35,473 bases of DNA from Chiloscyllium plagiosum. Taxonomy: Eukaryota. The stretch covers positions 36,180 through 71,652 of the forward strand of contig NW_025215298.1 of assembly GCF_004010195.1 (NCBI RefSeq). Reading direction: 5' to 3'. Below, piece after piece: positions 1 to 12,009 of the stretch. Within the stretch, counting starts at the first letter, position 1, and every line of letters begins with the position of its first letter. The notes under the pieces were generated by a model. It saw only the letters and a list, made by a program, of their open reading frames with translations, was not told where the DNA came from and ran no database searches. The translations under genes and the position numbers were made by a program.

Positions 1-249
1 ATTGTATTCAGACGCCGTGTAAAAATGCAACGTATTGATGTCACTATTCCTCAGAGCAAGGGGTATTAATTAGTCCTCCTGACAAAGCAACACCAAATCT
101 GAAATACCCTGCTCTCCAGTTTGGTTCACAACGTACTGTTCAACCTACCTAATACACACTTACGGAAGTTTTTCTTCACAGTATTAGTCGTCACTGCAGT
201 TTTAGCGCAATTTGAGACCATCTATTATTACTGCAGCACCACGATTATT

Positions 250-590
250 TGTTACTCATTCGCAGGATGAGGACGTCGCTGGATAACCAGTATAAATTGC
301 CCATGCCAGAGGGCAGTTAAGAGTCAGCAGCGTTGTCTTGAGTCTGGAGTCACATGCAGGCCAGACCAGGTAAGGACAGTAGTATCCTTCCCTCAAGAAC
401 ATCAGTGACCTAGATGAGTTTTTCCCACAATCGACAATGGATTCCTGGTCATCATATACCCTTGATTCCAGATACATATTGAATTCAAATTCCACCATCT
501 GCTATGGCAGGATTTGAATTCATGTCCCCAGAATATTACCTGGGTCTCTGGGTTAAGAGCCCAGCGATAATATCACTGGGTCATTGCTCC
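250..590 (-). mobile_element. tRNA-derived SINE, shark Deu-domain/SacSINE1-like, decayed
   Basis: Minus strand starts with a tRNA-like head (..CCCAGTGATATTATCGCTGGGCTCTTAACCCAGAGACCCAGG..GAATTCAAATCC, B-box-like). The body GGCAGTTAAGAGTC..CTGGAGTCACATG..GGCCAGACCAGGTAAGG recurs in diverged form at ~16000-16300 and inverted at ~32000-32265. Confidence 0.6.
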
Positions 591-1433
591 CCCTTGCATA
601 TACTGCATACCTAATTTCCATAGCACATGTTGTAAAGTATTTACGTGACAGATTTAGTTTTGATATATAACACACTAATGTTTGCTTCATCTTGCTATTT
701 GTAAGATCCACCCAAACTGATTCTGTGGGAAGTGAGGAAAGGGTCTGTGGCGTTATTAGCCATAGACTTGGACAAGACTTTCCGGAAGACTCACCTGAAT
801 GCTGAGATGAGCGGAAGAATTGGTCAGCAATACAGGACAAGCATCAATATTCTTTCCACCCACTTTGCCAGGATAAGTGCCAGCATATTCTTCTGCTCCA
901 TCGGACTCGCTGTATATCTGTTTTAACACATACCTCCGAACAAGGCTCGCACTCTATCTCCAAATAAGGCTCAAGCACGACCACACTCACTGTTGACTTC
1001 AGCACCTTTCTTCCCCCACTTTTTCTGTCACTGACGCAATAGCCCCGCACACTAATACCACTGCATAGATACAACACTGTGGTCAGACTCCCTCTGGACG
1101 TCTCACACTTTCCCCCTTCCCCTATACCAGCATTAACAGCAGAGACACCCACTCCCACCCTCACTCCGTCCCTCCTCTTCTCTCATTGCAGGAGAAACAG
1201 CCTGGAATAGGACATAAAGTGCCAAGCCTGGTGTTAGAGTGCCCGATGTCCGTTCCCTCACCCGCTATCTCGACATATGGGGAGGATCCTGGAAAGAGCC
1301 AGAGAGGACTAGGACACCTTGTGTGGAGATTCTGAAACATCCATGTCCCACCAACCAAGTAAGAAGCAATGTTCAGTAAAGAGCAATTCTCAATTTAAAC
1401 ACGCTGGCATTTCCAATCTCATCTCTCTCACTC

Positions 1434-2250
1434 TTCAGGCTTAGTTGAAAGCATTAATGAATGACTAAAAATAATAATAATGTTTATTCTCTTCAGTAAA
1501 AATGTTAAAAAGAAAAAAATAAACGATAAAAGTTCATTACGAACAATCTAAAACATGACTTTTATTCAAAATTATGGGCAATCCTCGTAAATACTCGACA
1601 TCATTTCTCTGACTAAATCTTCTTACCAGTGTTTGTGTTCTAGCAAATGCTTCTTTAATTTCAACGGAATATCGTGCCTGCTATCAAATGCTCATAGTAA
1701 ATGTCCCTTCACCTCTGAACTTTTCGTAAACTGTCAATATATTTCCAAATAACTGGATGTTCCACATCAAGTTCGCACTGTCAGCACCTGTGGGCAGCTT
1801 CTGCATTATTGTTTGTTTTGTCCTCATTGTGTAATGTTATTTCATATAAATTCCACATTCCAACTGGAAAAAGGGGTGGACGACGAACATTTCCTCTACG
1901 TAATCTTCTACCTCCATAGTTATCCTCGAACCAATCCCACAGCGGCTGCAGTTCATCTGGAAGCGCATCAGACAAATGTTCAATAGCTTCATGAATGCTT
2001 TCAATGTGAATAAATGCAAGGCCAATTATCATTTTAGCTCTGAAAGAAAACTCGGAGTCAATGTTGTACTTACTCAAGTGTCTTTTTAACATTTTTACTA
2101 AAGGTTCTAAACATTATTTTTATTTTTATTGCTTTGATTAATGCTTTTATCGAAGCCTGAAAAGGAATAAATATGAGCTGCGCTGCCATAGTTCTGCGCC
2201 TAAATGTGTCTGCGACAAAATGGGCTGCACCAAACAGGCCGCACCAAACA
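1434..2250 (-). mobile_element. Internally deleted MULE (Mutator-like) DNA transposon
   Basis: ~80-bp inverted repeats at 1434-1513 and 2081-2162 bracket a transposase fragment. Short GC-rich GCGCC/GCACCAAAC repeats at 2180-2250 resemble subterminal repeats. Confidence 0.7.
1562..2080 (-). pseudogene. MULE transposase C-terminal half, disrupted
   Basis: KYNIDSEFSFRAKMIIGLAF..WDWFEDNY..PPLFPVGMWN..KTNNNAEAAHR (TNN-x-x-E motif with the catalytic Glu of MULE DDE transposases). Continues through stops and frameshifts as QCELDVEHPVIWKYIDSLRKVQ..EYLRG/IAHNFE*. Confidence 0.8.
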
Positions 2251-2523
2251 GAATGAAGTACTCAGTAAATTACACAGCACAGGAGGACGCCATATAACCA
2301 TCCCAGGCTGTTATGTAGAAGCAGGGACGCCCTGGGAAGCTGTCAGGAAATGCAGAGTAGAGATCAATACTCATTTTATTTTTGGAAAGCTGTAACAAGT
2401 GGAATTCTTCAGGGATCTATGTGAGGTCATCAACAAATTACAAGCTATTCTAATGAACTGGATGAAGGAAATGGAGCTCAGTTTGATCATGCACCGGGAT
2501 AGTCATTCAATAAGATGTCAAAT

Positions 2524-3375
2524 GGAGACAGAGCGTCTGCAATGGGATACAGACAGGGGGCGGCAGAGCGTCTGCAATGGGATACAGACGGGGAAGGACA
2601 GAGCGTTTGCAATGGGATACAGACAGGGGGAGGGCAGGGCGTCTGCAATGGGATACATACGGGGGAGGGCAGAGCATCTGCAATAGGATACAGACAGTGG
2701 AGGAAAGACTGTCTGCAGTGGGAAGCAGAAAGCGGGAGAGTAGAGAGTCTGCAATGGTACAGACGGGGATGGCAGAGCGTCTAGAATGGGATACAGACAG
2801 GGGGAGGACATAGCGTCTGCAATGGGATAGGGACAGGAGGAGGGCAGAGCCTCTGCAATGGGATACGTACAGGGGGAGGGCAGAGCGTCTGCAATGAGAT
2901 ATAGACAGCGGAGGGCAGAGCATCTGCAATGGGGGACAGACTAGGGGAGGGATGCACTTCTGCAATGGCCTGCAGACAGGGGGGAGGGAAGAGCGTCTGC
3001 AATGGGATTCTGACGGGTGAGGGCAGAGTGTCTGCTATTGGATACAGACGGGGAGGCAGAACATCTGCAATGTGATGTAGACGGGGGAGAGCAGTGCTTC
3101 TGCAATGAGATACAGACAGGGGAGGGGAGAGCATCTGCAATGTGATACAGACAGGAGGAGGGTAGAGCATCTGCAATGGAATTCAGACGGGGAGGGCAGA
3201 GCATCTGCGGTGGGATACAGACAGGCGGAGGACAGAGCGTCTGCAATGGGATGCAGACAGGGGAGGTCAGAGCGTCTGCATTGTGATACAGACAGTGGGA
3301 GTGCAGAACGTCTGCAATGGGACACAGACTGGGGAGGGCACAGCAACAAGCAATGCCATACAGACAGAGGATGGC
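2524..3375 (+). repeat. G-rich minisatellite, ~35-bp unit, ~24 copies
   Basis: Consensus approx. GGCAGAGCGTCTGCAATGGGATACAGACAGGGGGA; the CTGCAAT core recurs about every 35 bp from ~2538 to ~3350. Confidence 0.95.
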
Positions 3376-3454
3376 TGTGAGCAAAGCTTCAGCAGAAAAA
3401 AAAACAGTACAATATATATGTGATGGAAATTTTCTGTTTTGGGGAAAAGAAGAA

Positions 3455-4325
3455 ACAGCAGAAATTTATTTAAATGCAAGGAGAATGCAGAATTCAATGT
3501 TGCAGAGGGATTTGTGTGTCTTAGTACATGAATCACATCAAATTAACCTGAAGATGCAGCAAGTGATTTGGAAGGTAAATGTCATGATCCTGTTTCGTGC
3601 AAGGTGTGTTGGATATGATCTTAGCGATGTTTTCTGCATCAGTACAGGGCATTGCTGAGATTACATCTGTTGCATTATGTGTAGTTATAATTGCCTAAAC
3701 TGAAAATAAAAAAAAACAACGACATTGTTTTCGAAACGTCTCAAAGATATTTCTCTTTACTCATTCTTGGGATGAAGGCATTACGTTATGAAGAATTAGC
3801 AGTTCAGCCTGAGAATGAGGGATGTTTTATTGACCATATAAGATCTTGAGAAGAGTGTAGTTGGTGAATACCGGATGGGTATTTCTTCTTGTGTGGGAGA
3901 ATAAAACTGGGGAAATACTTTAAGAATAAGTCAGTTTCAAAGGAAAGGTCATTGGACAGAAAAATTGAACTGTAAATCCTCTTCCTACATGCTGACAGAC
4001 AAGCTGAGCTTTTACAGGAATTACTGTATATGTTTAAGAATATTCATTTTAACACAGATATTGTGAAGACATGAAACGCTTATTTTTACATTATGCAAGC
4101 ACATATTGAAACATCTTCAAAACAAGTAGGACCATTTATTGTTAATGAATTGATTCTGCAATAACACACTGATCTGGAGTCGAGAATGTGATGGAGTCAT
4201 ATCGTTCGGACAATGTGCAAGAAGAGCTCACAGAGTCCAGTGTGGGACTGATAACGTTACTGATTTAACTTACAGATGGAAAAGGTCGCCTATCTGTGGA
4301 GAAACATTCTGTTGCTCCCATTCTG
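3455..4325 (+). mobile_element. Old CR1 LINE fragment (RT C-terminus and 3' end) interrupted by a degenerate Penelope-like terminus (~3930-4025)
   Basis: TATTTAAATG..TGCAGAGGGATTTG..GTACATGAATCAC matches the RT C-terminal region of the other CR1 copies here; 3' tail TCTGTTGCTCCCATTCTG near 4310-4325. Confidence 0.55.
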
Positions 4326-4499
4326 TTTCCCTATCACTCATCACAGCAATGTGTGGGAGTGATAAAAATCCCAGTCGTCTTTCCCACGAATGGAGGATTC
4401 CTGATGAGGATTCATTAGAATCGCCTCATTACCTGAGCAAACCAGTTCAGCCAAATTCAACTGTTTCATGAAGAAATCCCACTGTCAGAAAGCTGTGCA

Positions 4500-7400
4500 A
4501 GCAGATAAACTGCAGAAGTAATTATCCGACTCGATAGAACAGACAGGAAATTCTGTGGCTGCAAATGGGAATCCGGAAAGTATGTGCAGCCTCCCACATG
4601 CCAGGGTCCAGGATGTCTCAGAGCGGCTGCAGAACGTTCACACCGAGGGTGGTGTGGGGGGACGGGGGGAGGGAGCGGGAAGCATCCAGTAGTCATTGTG
4701 CACATTGGTACAAAGTACAGAGTGACACAGATAGGAATAGTGATGACATCCTGCAGAGTGATTGTAGAGAGCTAGGGAAAAGGAGAAAAGACAGGACCAT
4801 GACAGAGGTAATATTCAGTTTATTTCCAGTGCTCATTGCTAGTGAGGGTAAGAACAGGAGGATATGGCAGATGAAGGGGTGGCTAAAGAATTGGTGCAGG
4901 GGGCAGAGATTTTTGGATTACTGGGATGTTTTGTGGGGCAAGGTGACGTGTTCAGGAAGGACGGGTTGTACCTGAGCTGGAAGGGGACCAATATCCTCGC
5001 AGGCAGGTTTGCAACTGCTGCAAGGGAGGATTTCAACTAGATTGGTTGGGGTTGGGGAGGGGTGGGATCCTCAACAGCAGGCAAGTGCGAGGCTGAAAGG
5101 AGATACATTAATCAGAAACAGTAAAATGAAGAGACAGGTCAGGCTAGACAACGACAGGGAGCAAGGAATGCCTGTTGGATTAAATTGCATCTATTTCAAT
5201 GCAAGATGGTTGACAGGGAAGGCCAATGAACTCAGGGCATGGATCGGTGCGTGGGACTGGGATACTACAGCCATTACTGAAACATGGCTAAGGGAGGGAC
5301 AGCACCGGCAGCTTAATGTACCAGGGTACAGGTGCTTTATGCGGGACAGAGATGGTGGAAGGAGGGGAGGGGGAGTTTCATTTTTGATTAAGGCGAGTAA
5401 AACAGCAGTAATCAGAGATAAAATAACTGATGGATCATCCTGTGAGGATTTGTCTGTGGAGCTAATAAATAAGAAGGGAATGGTGATAGTATTTGGATTG
5501 TACTATAGGCCACCAAATAGTAAACAAGGATTTAGGGGAACAAACATATTTAGAGAGACTGGGGAGACTTGCAGGGCCAATAGGATTGCATTAGTAGGAG
5601 ATTTTAACTTTCCTAACATAGACTGGGAATGACATAGAATTCAGGACTGAGATGGAGTGTATTTATTAAGTGTGTTCAGAATACTTTCCTCAAGCAGTAT
5701 GTAGAGGGTGCAACTCGAGAAGGGACGAAACGTGACCTATTCTAAGATCTAGGGTAGGTTAGGTGACTGAGGTTGCAGCGGGAGAGCACTCTGGGACCAG
5801 TGGCCATAGTTCTATTAATTTTTCAATAATTATGGAGGACAAAACTGCTCCACATGTTCAAGTTCAAACTTGGGGCAAGGCGGATTTTGGTGGAATTAGA
5901 CAGGAGCTTGTAGGGGTTGGTTGGAGGAGTTTTTTGTGCAGGCGAAGGGACCTCCTGCAAGTGGGAGACCTTTAAAAGTGAAATGTCTACAGTTCAAGGT
6001 CTATATGTTCCTGTGAGGGGAAAAGGCAAGGTTGATAGGAAGAGGGAACCCTGGATGTCACGAGATATTGAGGCTTTGACCAGCAAAAAAGGAGGCATGG
6101 CTCAGGTCCAGGCAGCTGGGATCGAGGGAATCCCTGGAGGTGTACAGGGGATACAGTAGTTTTCTGAAGAAGGAAATCGGGAGGGCGAAAAGGGTGCACA
6201 AGATAGCCTTGTCTGAGAAGATTAGGGTGAATGCAAAGAGGTTCTTTAAGTATATTACAGTAAAATGAATAACTAAATGAGAGTATGACCCCTCAAGTTC
6301 CAAAGTGGACATGCATGTCCAGAACCGTAGGAGATTTGCGAGATTCTCAATGAATATTTCTCCTCTGCCTTTACTGTGGAGAAAAATATGAAGACTGGGA
6401 GGTTAACAAAGGTAGTAGTGTTATCTTGGGGTGAGTCAATATCACGGGAGAGGACGTGTTGGATGCATTAGAATGTATGAAGGTGAATAAATCTCCTGGT
6501 CCTAAATAGATGCATCCAAGAAGACTGCAAGATGCTGCAGAAGAAACTACGGGGACCCTGGTTAATACTTGTGCATCATCGTTAGCTACAGTTTAGGTTC
6601 CAGAATATTGGAGATTGGCAAATGTTGTGCCATTATTCAAGAAGGGAAGCAAAGAAAAATCTGGGATCTATAGACCAGGAAACCTAACAACTGTGGTAGG
6701 TAGGTTACTTGAGAAGACTCTGAGGGATTAGATACACATGCATTTAGAAAGTTAAGGTTTGTTTAGAAATAGTTTTTTGACAGATTCCCTACAGTATATG
6801 AACAAGCCATTTGGCCCAACAAGATCACACCAACCCTGCAAACAGTAACCCACCCAGTCCCATTCCCCTCCCCTATATTTACCCCTGACGAATGCACATA
6901 ACACGATGGGTAACTTAGCATGGCCAATTCACCTGACCTATGCATTTTTAGATTGTGGAAGAAAAATGGACCACCCAGAGGAAACCCACACAAACACAGT
7001 GAGAATGTGCAAACACTACACAGAGAGTCACTCGAAGCTAGAACCAAACCCGGATCCATAACACTGTGAGGCAGCAGTACTAACCAGTGAATCACCATGC
7101 CACCCTTACCTTTTTCAACACACTTCAATGACACAGGTACAAAATCTATTCTGCCCTTCATCCATGTTGCAGGTTCCAATATCACATACCATGAATAATT
7201 TTTTTCTCCACTGAAAATGAAATCATTTTATTATTTACTAATTCATATGTTCTTATTAATTTTAATAATTATTATTAATAGATGTTTTTAGACTGAAAAG
7301 ATTGAATGGCTTTTTGAGTGGGAGATCATGCCTCTCAAATTTGTTTGAGTTCATTGATGAAGTGACTAGAAATGTTGATGAGGGTAGGGCGGTATACGTC

Positions 7401-8510
7401 GTCTGTATGGTTTTCACTGAGGCCTTTGACAAGGTCACCATTGATAGGCTGTTCTGGAATATTAGAATCGCATGTACACACAATTAGTTTCATGGTAGTA
7501 AGCAGAGGGTAATAGTGGAAGGATGCTCGGACTCCAGGCCTGTGCCACATGAAGTGCCTCAGGAGTCGCTGCTGGGCCCATTGCTGTTTGTTATCTGTAT
7601 CAATGATATTCTTACGAATGTACAAGGCATGATTAGGAAACTTGAAGATGACACTAAAATAGGTGGTATCGTGGACAGTGAGGACGTATATCAAAGATTG
7701 CAGCAGGACCTTGATCAAACTGGAGAAGTTGGCCGAGGAATATTTTGGCAACGTTGGATCAAGGTAGGAGTTTCATGGTGATTGGTAGGACTTTAAGGAG
7801 TATAGTTGAGCAGAGGGACCATGGAGTTTAGGTCCACCATTCTCTGAAAGTGGGGTCATTGTTAGACATGGTAGTGAAGAAGGCTTTTGCCACACAAGTA
7901 TGCATCGGTCAGGACATGGAGGAGGGCAGTTGGGAAGTTATGTTGCCGTTATACAGGATTTTGGTGAGGCTGCACTTGTCGTGCTGTGTTCAGTTTTAGT
8001 CACATTGCGATCAGGAGGATGTTTTTAATTTGGAATGTGTGCAGATGGATTTTTCAAAAATATTGCCAGGACTCAACAGTATGAATTATAGGGAGAGGTT
8101 TGACAAGCGAGGATTTTTTCTTTAGAGAATAGGAGACTGAGAGGGATCTTATAGAAGTTTACATGGATAGGATAGATCCAGCCTTTTCTTTCCTAGAGTT
8201 GGGGAATCGAGGAGGAGAGGGCAACAATTTAAGGTGAGAGGGGAATAAATAAAAGGGAAACTGATGGAAATTGTTTTACGCAGAGAGTGGTACACAAAGG
8301 GAATGAGCTGCTAACCTAAGTGGTTGAAGCACTTATATTAACGATATTTAAGCGGCATTTGGGCAGATACAAGGATAGGAAAGGACGAGAATGCTATGGA
8401 CCAAGTGCTGGGAAATGAGGTTAGTGTGGTTGGATATTTGTGTCAGCATGGACGAGTTTGGGCCAAAGGGCCTCTCTGCCTCTCTCCATGCTGTATGACT
8501 TGATGACTCT
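4500..8510 (+). mobile_element. CR1-clade LINE (HER1-type), 5'-truncated and decayed: ORF1 SGNH esterase end, ORF2 APE endonuclease and reverse transcriptase
   Basis: ORF1: PVVIVHIGT..ASEGKNRRIWQMKGWLKNWCRGQ. APE: LNCIYFNAR..AITETWL..GLYYRPPNS..LVGDFNFPNIDW. RT: EAFDKV, VPQESLLGPLLFVICIND..LEDDTKIGG. 3' end GGGCCAAAGGGCCT..CTGTATGACT. Interrupted at ~6773-7305. Confidence 0.92.
6782..7105 (-). mobile_element. HE1-type tRNA-derived SINE
   Basis: Reverse strand begins GGGTGGCATGGTGATTCACTGGTTAGTACTGCTGCCTCACAG; conserved core GGTGAATTGGCCATGCTAAGTTACCC; CR1-like tail CTGTAGGGAATCT. Confidence 0.88.
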
Positions 8511-8598
8511 ACAAATAGAACAGCATTTGGGTCAAACTCTCAATTTTCCTTTGGTCATGAGTTCGAACCATATTTGTACAATGTTCTTTCAAGTTAAC

Positions 8599-8636
8599 TT
8601 TGCAGATATTTTGCTTTTCAGTTTGTTATTGGCAAT

Positions 8637-8706
<70 letters not shown>

Positions 8707-8781
8707 AGATATTTTGCTTTTCAGTTTGTTATTGGCAATACGTGTGTGTTTGCGCGTGCTGGTGTGTGTGTGTGTGTGTGT
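8599..8781 (+). repeat. (GT)n microsatellite within a 103-bp-period local duplication
   Basis: About 32 GT units at 8639-8702. The flank TTTGCAGATATTTTGCTTTTCAGTTTGTTATTGGCAATACGTGT is identical at 8599 and 8702. Confidence 0.95.
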
Positions 8782-8964
8782 TTCTCAGCAAAATATCAAT
8801 GTACATATTTGCAATATCCTCTCCTCATTCCTCTTTCCATAATAGTTTTGGTCATAAACTTGTTGTTTTAGCAGATTAAAGAAATCTGCCTGACTTGTTC
8901 CAAACACTGACCCTGACACACTCTGAGAACTATATCATTGGCCATGTCACCAACATAGTTATCA

Positions 8965-10345
8965 TTATTTTTTGTGGCCAGTGGAGGAATGGGGCTAGAA
9001 AAGGGAGCAGTATGCCAAAACTACACAGGGAGTTCTCGACTCAATCAGCCAACGTTAGTGCCGAGGCGTTCGTTGGAGAGGATTCTGAGGGATAGGATTT
9101 ACATCTATTTAGAAAGACTAGGACTGATTAGGGAGAGTCAATATGGATTTCTGTGATGCAAATCATGTCTATTTAATGTGATTGAGTATTATGAAGAGGT
9201 GACAAAGATGATTGACGAAGACACTGTGGTATATATTGTTTACACAGACTTCAGCAAGGCATTTAATAAAGTACCCCATCGTAGACAGATTACTAAGATT
9301 AGGTTATATGTAATCAAGGAAAACCTAACCAATTGGATACAAAATTGGATTGAAGGTAATGGATTGTTTTCCAGACTGAAGACCTGTGGCCAGCGGTGTG
9401 CTGAAAGAATCAGTGCTGAACTCACTGCTTTTCATCACGGATGTAAACAACTTTGATGTGATTATCGGAGGCATGGTTAGTAAGTTTACAGATAACATCA
9501 CCAAAGTGATGCAGTAGACAGTAAAGAAGATTATCTCAGAATATAACGGGATCCTTGACCATCAATGAGCCAAGGACTGGCAGATGGAGTTTAATTTAGA
9601 TATTTGTGAGGTTTTGCATTTTGGTAAGTTAAAGCAGGGTAGTACCCTGGGGAATGTTGCTGAACAAAGAGACCTACGGGTGAAGATTCATAGTTCCTTG
9701 AAAGTGGAGTTTAGATCAGGAGAATGGTGAGGAACGCAATTGGCAGGCTTGCCTTAATCGGTCAGAACATTGAGTATAGGAGTAGGGGTAACGTGTTGCG
9801 CTTGTACAGGACGTAGGTGAGGCCATTTTAAGAATACTGCGTACATGCCAGTTGACTATGCTAAAGGATGGATGTTGTTAAGCTTGAAAGGGTGCAGAAA
9901 AGATTTACAAGGATTTTCTGGAAGCTGAGGGTTTGAGCTGCTGGGCGACGATGAACACGTTGAGGCTTTTTCTCCAAACTGTCAGAGGCTGAATGTTGAT
10001 ATGACAGAGGTTGAAAAAAGTCCTGAGGGGCATAGATAGCCTGAATGGGCAAGTGTAGGGGCGTCCAGAACTAGACCGCATGGTGTGAAGGTGACACGGC
10101 AAAGACTTAGAAGGGACCTGAGAGGAAACTTTTTCACACAGCGGATGGTGAGTGTACTGTCGGAGGAAGTGGTCAAAGCGGATACAATTACATGTTTAAA
10201 ATGTATCTGGAAAGGTACATAAATAGCAATGGTTCAGAGGGGTGTGGGCCAAATGCTGACAAGTGAGACGAGATCTGATTAAGATGCCAGATTGGCGTGG
10301 ACAATTTGGACAAAAGGATCTATTTCCAAATTGTATGACTCTCTT
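8965..10345 (+). mobile_element. CR1 LINE fragment (RT to 3' end), decayed
   Basis: LERILRDRIYIYLERLGLIRESQYGF; EEVTKMIDE..VYTDFSKAFNKVPH; 3' tail TTGTATGACTCT. Confidence 0.88.
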
Positions 10346-11109
10346 ATTCTCACAACGGGATGAGGGAACATTCTAAAAGGGCCATTTGAATGGGAATTAT
10401 CTTCCCCAGAAGTTAGTGGTGCCTCTCTGATTACAAGTATTCACAGCTGAGTTACTTAAAGATTTGACAGAGAAGTGTGTCACGGATAATGGGACACAGA
10501 CAGGAAAATGAGGCTCAGACCACAATCTGATCAGCCACAATCTTAATGCCTTGTGGAGAAGGCTCAAATTCTCTAATGACCCACTCTTGTTCCTCAGTCC
10601 CATTTTTCTGCGTTCCATTCAACCCCTCAAACCGGCTGGACAGGAGCTTTTGGAGTGCACTGACTGTTATAGCATGGTGCACAGAAACAGAGGAGGCCAT
10701 TTCGTCCCACAAGACTGTCCCACACGGTCTGGGAGCTTTGGAAAATGTAATTGGAAGACACAGGCTAGATACAAAAGAGGTTGCTTATCTCTCTTTACAG
10801 AGCTTCCCCACCCTGTAACTTGTGCTTCATTTGTTGATCATGTTGTAGACCCAGATTCACTGTGAATACAGCCCCCAAGGCTCACCCAGCGATGGCTCAC
10901 AAAATCCATTGGTCTCCCTGATTGCAACATTCCATAAAATACCTTCCAGGAAAATAACACCAACTAACTTTCCAATAACAGAATGGGAGAACATCAGGAA
11001 CGCGGGCAGATCATTCCCATCCCAAGCCTGCCTTGACCTTCACTAAGATCAAGGCTGACCTGCTCCAAGTCTCAAATCTTCCTCAATGTCCAAGTCTTCT
11101 TGAGCACTT

Positions 11110-12000
11110 CCATAGAACACAGAACAAAGAACAGGACTGATTTGGAAATGCCGGTGTTGGACTGGGGTGTACAAAGTTAAAAATCACAAAGCACCAGGTT
11201 ATAGTCCAACAGGTTTAATTGGAAGCACACTAGCTTTCCTTCATCAGGTCATAGAGAAGGGCTCAATCCGAACACAGAATTTATAGCAGAAATTTGCAGT
11301 GAGATGTAACTGAAATTATACATTGGAAAAATGATTGTTAAGCCTTTCATCTGTTAGAATACCATGATAGTTTCACTTCCTTCATATGTAAATCACAAGA
11401 CCTATTTTTTAAAGTTGCATTCTCAGGTTAGCTGTTAACAATGGTGATAGCTAGACAATATGGTGAAGGTATTGTCCCCCTGTGTTCTCTGACTATGCCA
11501 TGATGTTTAGTTTGATTCAAATCTAAAAAATGAGATAACACAGTTTTACATGAATTCAAGCAGTTTTTGAGCTCAGAGTTCTACATGAATGCATGCAGTT
11601 AGGACCTTCAGCCCTCGACGTTGTGCCTTTATCCTACTCTAAGATCAGACGAACCTACAGGCTTCCGTACACTTTGATCCATGTGCCTGTCAAGAGTCTT
11701 TTAAGTTTCCCTCACGTATTTGACTCTACTACCACTGCTGGCAGTGCATTCGACACACCCTCCACTCTCTGTAAAAATTCTATCGCTGATATCTCCCCTA
11801 AACCTTCCACCAATTGCCTTAAAATTATCCAACTTAGTCATAGACATTTCTGCCCTGGGAAAATGCATCTGGCTATTCACTTCCTATGCCTCTCATTATC
11901 TTGTACACCTCCAGTGAGAAAAGCCCTCGCTCCCTCATGGTTTCTTCATAAGACCTGCCCTCCAGTCCAGGCAGCATCCTGATAAATCTCCTCCTGGTAA
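11110..12000 (-). mobile_element. CR1 LINE 3' fragment, split by a Penelope-like insertion
   Basis: CATAGAACACAGAACAAAGAACAGGAC..CTTCAGCCCTCGACGTTGTGCC..CACTGCTGGCAGTGCATTC is the reverse complement of the CR1 3' end seen at ~25560-25770. Confidence 0.75.
11138..11600 (-). mobile_element. Penelope-like element terminal fragment with 5-bp flanking duplication AGGAC
   Basis: GATTTGGAAATGCCGGTGTTGGACTGGGGTGTACAAAG..CACCAGGTTATAGTCCAACAGG is related to 35075-35200 and contains a hammerhead-like remnant at 11226-11250. AGGAC at 11133-11137 and 11601-11605. Confidence 0.65.
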
Positions 12001-12009
12001 ATCGCACTT

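Noticed and set aside
2524..3375. CRISPR-like array, or the many overlapping ORFs
   Set aside because: Units are contiguous with no unique spacers, there are no cas genes and the context is eukaryotic. The ORFs are by-products of the repeat.
5009..5632. Longest ORF (207 aa) as a host endonuclease gene
   Set aside because: It is the CR1 APE domain embedded in a decayed LINE and ends at a premature stop.
8440..8879. Cys-Val repeat proteins
   Set aside because: Translation of a GT microsatellite.
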